Source: Octopus vulgaris (Eukaryota). Taken from it: a stretch of 64,000 nucleotides of DNA. The translations under genes and the position numbers were made by a program. This document shows, piece by piece, positions 61,566 to 64,000 of this stretch (position 1 is the stretch's first letter; the number at the start of each line of letters is the position of its first letter). The notes beneath the pieces were generated by a model, which did not search any database, was not told where the DNA came from, and worked only from the letters and a program-made list of their open reading frames with translations. The stretch lies in contig OX597831.1 of NCBI GenBank assembly GCA_951406725.2, positions 248,001 through 312,000 of the forward strand. The letters run 5' to 3'.

Positions 61566-63838
61566 TATATGTACAGTTTTTCTTTTTATTGAAAATTTTT
61601 TCTATCGTTGAAGATATTTTGTCTTTTCATAATTTAATCAATATCTGTATTTTTGTTTTTAAAGCTAAGTGTGAATATCCTTTTATATATATATCATTTG
61701 TTTTTTAATGTCCACTTTTCTGCACTTAAACAAATGGGGAAGAATTTTTGAGGCATATTTTCTACATCTGGATGCTAAACTTTACATGTAAGGTATTTTC
61801 CCAAACTCCAACATGTTTTCATGGAAGATTGGAAATGGACACTGCTTGTATGCCAGTGACACTCATTTACAACTATCATGTGATGTCAAGGCAAGGAGAC
61901 AGTAATACATGGGTATATACACATATGTACCTCGCTTGGTAACAGGTGGGGGTTGGCGTCAGGAAGGGCATCCGGCCGTAGAAAGCTTGCCACACGCTTA
62001 GCGCTGCGTATATGTGTGTACTATTAGCTTATTTGACTTTCCATTTATCAGATCCATTCACAAGGCTTTGGTCAGCCTAGGGCTATAGAAAACAACACTT
62101 GCCCAAGATGCCATGCAGTGAGACTGAATCCAGAACGATGTAGTTGGGAAGCAAATTTCTGACCACACAACCACCCTTTAGTGTGTGTGTGTGTAAAGGT
62201 TTGTCACTTAGTTCTTAAGGTGTTACACTTGTGATCTTAAGATGCAGTATGTTCTTGAGCAAAGTTCAAATCCCAACTAAAGGCAACATTGCTTTTCATT
62301 TTCTGAGGCTGATAATTAAGTATTGGATTGATATAATTGACTGTCCTCTCCTACACTAGAAATTGTGGCCTTGTACCATAATTTTTATTAATGGTTACAA
62401 ATCATCATCATCATCATCGAGTGAGAGAACAATGTATGCCATCAAAGTAATGCTGGGGTACAAATAGATGAAGCCCAGTATACCCATCATGACTACCCGT
62501 CTGATAGGGGTACACAGGCTCATGCATTGTAACCATATGTGTGTGACATGGTGACTTCATATCAAGATAATCAGTGCATGAACCTGCAGGTTGTTTAAGG
62601 ATGATGAACAAAACAGCCACACTTTCAGTGGTGAATTCTTCAGACCCCAAAGAATTCCACTCAAGACGTGGCTATGCTGCTACTCTACTCCTGCTTGTGA
62701 TCAGAGATGCACATATCAGCTGCCAAGGGATATGCTCAAGTGGTCAAAATCAAGCAAGTCTGCGATAGTGAGCAGAGTATATGTTGCATCCATCTTTTAT
62801 AAAATCAGTTAAGATGAGAAGACATGAGAGAATTTAGTAAAATAACTTTTGTCATCTGATGTCTGGAGCATAAATTAATATGAATTTTGATGGAAACTTT
62901 TAGTTTAGATCACCTTGAAGCTGGAAGTTTGTATTGTGGAACTCGTGTGATCTGTGGTGGGTTGGTTTCAAATGGGTTAAGATGGAATACTGACAGAAAT
63001 GGTTGGCTGAGTACTAAATGTTTCTATTCTATGATGCACTGACTTCAAATCTTATTAGGATTTGTAAAATAAGATGTAACATGTTGGTGTGGCTCTATGG
63101 TTAAGAAGCTAATTTCTCAATATGTGGTTGTAGGTTCAATTCCACTGCAGCACCTGGAGAAAGTGTTTTCTATAGTCACAGGCTGAGCAAGTTCTTGAAA
63201 GTGGATACATGTATGAGTGTGTGTGTGTGTGTATGAATGAATAAAACAAACAATACAAATGTGCATTGTGACCAGCAACGTGTCACATCTGATAGCTTGG
63301 TCAGTCACTTGATACACGCACACACCAATGTATGTGTTGATGCACCTCATGTACCCGTGTGTTGATATGGTTGTAAGTGAGCATCACCATTATACAAGCA
63401 GTGTTGTTTGTTTCTAGTTGTTTGTGAAAAACATGTCTGGCTGTGGAGGAAATATTACCCTGCTTGGAAACAAGTGAGGGCGGGCAACAAGAAGGGCATC
63501 TGAATGTAGAAAAATTTATTATAAATTCTGTCTGATCCATGCAAGCATGAAAAAGTGAACGTTAAATGATGCTGCTGTCATGACACTGAAGAATTAGGTC
63601 TTTCAGTTTGTTTGTAATATTTCTGGCACTAGTTCTTGTCTTTTCACATCTTCCTTTAATGGTAGTTATAGTCTTGTCAGGTAAACAAGATTGTTTTTAT
63701 GTAATAGACAATACAGACATTGTGAGGTGAGTACCATTGTCTTATTTTTAGCCAATACTTGTTATTTTAGAGAATAGCTCTTTCCAAATGCCAACCACTA
63801 TACTGAATTCTGAAAACAAAGTGGTATGTATACTTTAA

Positions 63839-64000
63839 CCCTTTCGTTACCAACTCGGCTGGAACCGGTTCTGTCTCTGTAGTACAAATATCTTGTTTTC
63901 ATAAGTTTTGAATTAAAATCTCCCACCAAACCATAGTCACAATTTATGTTCCTAACACCAGCTTAACCCTTTAGCATTCAGATTATTCTGTCAAATATAA
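63839..64000 (+). mobile_element. piggyBac-type MITE family 1 interrupted at an internal TTAA by another CCCTTTAG-type MITE (runs off the window)
   Basis: ttaaccctttcgttacc at 63835, then gcttaaccctttagcattcag at 63961. Confidence 0.75.

Noticed and set aside
63600-63735. Next NSD exon (donor-like cag|gtaaac and gag|gtgagt)
   Set aside because: No open frame with NSD-like (PHD) sequence could be paired with a convincing acceptor.

Overview
Eukaryotic, AT-rich, repeat-dense genomic DNA, most likely from a coleoid cephalopod (Octopus-like; inferred from the tRNA-derived SINE families, RTE tails and TA/CA microsatellite load). The only host gene I can support is the 5' part of an NSD-family (NSD2/WHSC1-like) H3K36 methyltransferase gene on the + strand. 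It has two coding exons (52063-52687 and 56673-57539) that join in phase to give PWWP1 and an HMG box. The PHD/AWS/SET exons are not in the window. The rest is intron or intergenic DNA filled with SINEs, a 5'-truncated RTE-type LINE and many copies of its 3' tail, two decayed mariner elements, a decayed Helitron plus two non-autonomous Helitrons, TTAA-targeting piggyBac-type MITEs, hAT-type MITEs and microsatellites. Best leads: (1) read-through of the HMG-exon donor to an immediate stop, followed by about 3.6 kb with no recognisable transposons, suggesting a 499-aa SET-less short NSD isoform; (2) a 92-nt pre-miRNA-like hairpin; (3) a perfect 132-bp palindrome carrying hammerhead-like CTGATGA...GAAA cores; (4) a PHD-like finger inside the LINE RT; (5) two CpG-retaining zones suggesting dual promoters. 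No CRISPR or prokaryotic system is present. All calls were made by eye, with no database searches.
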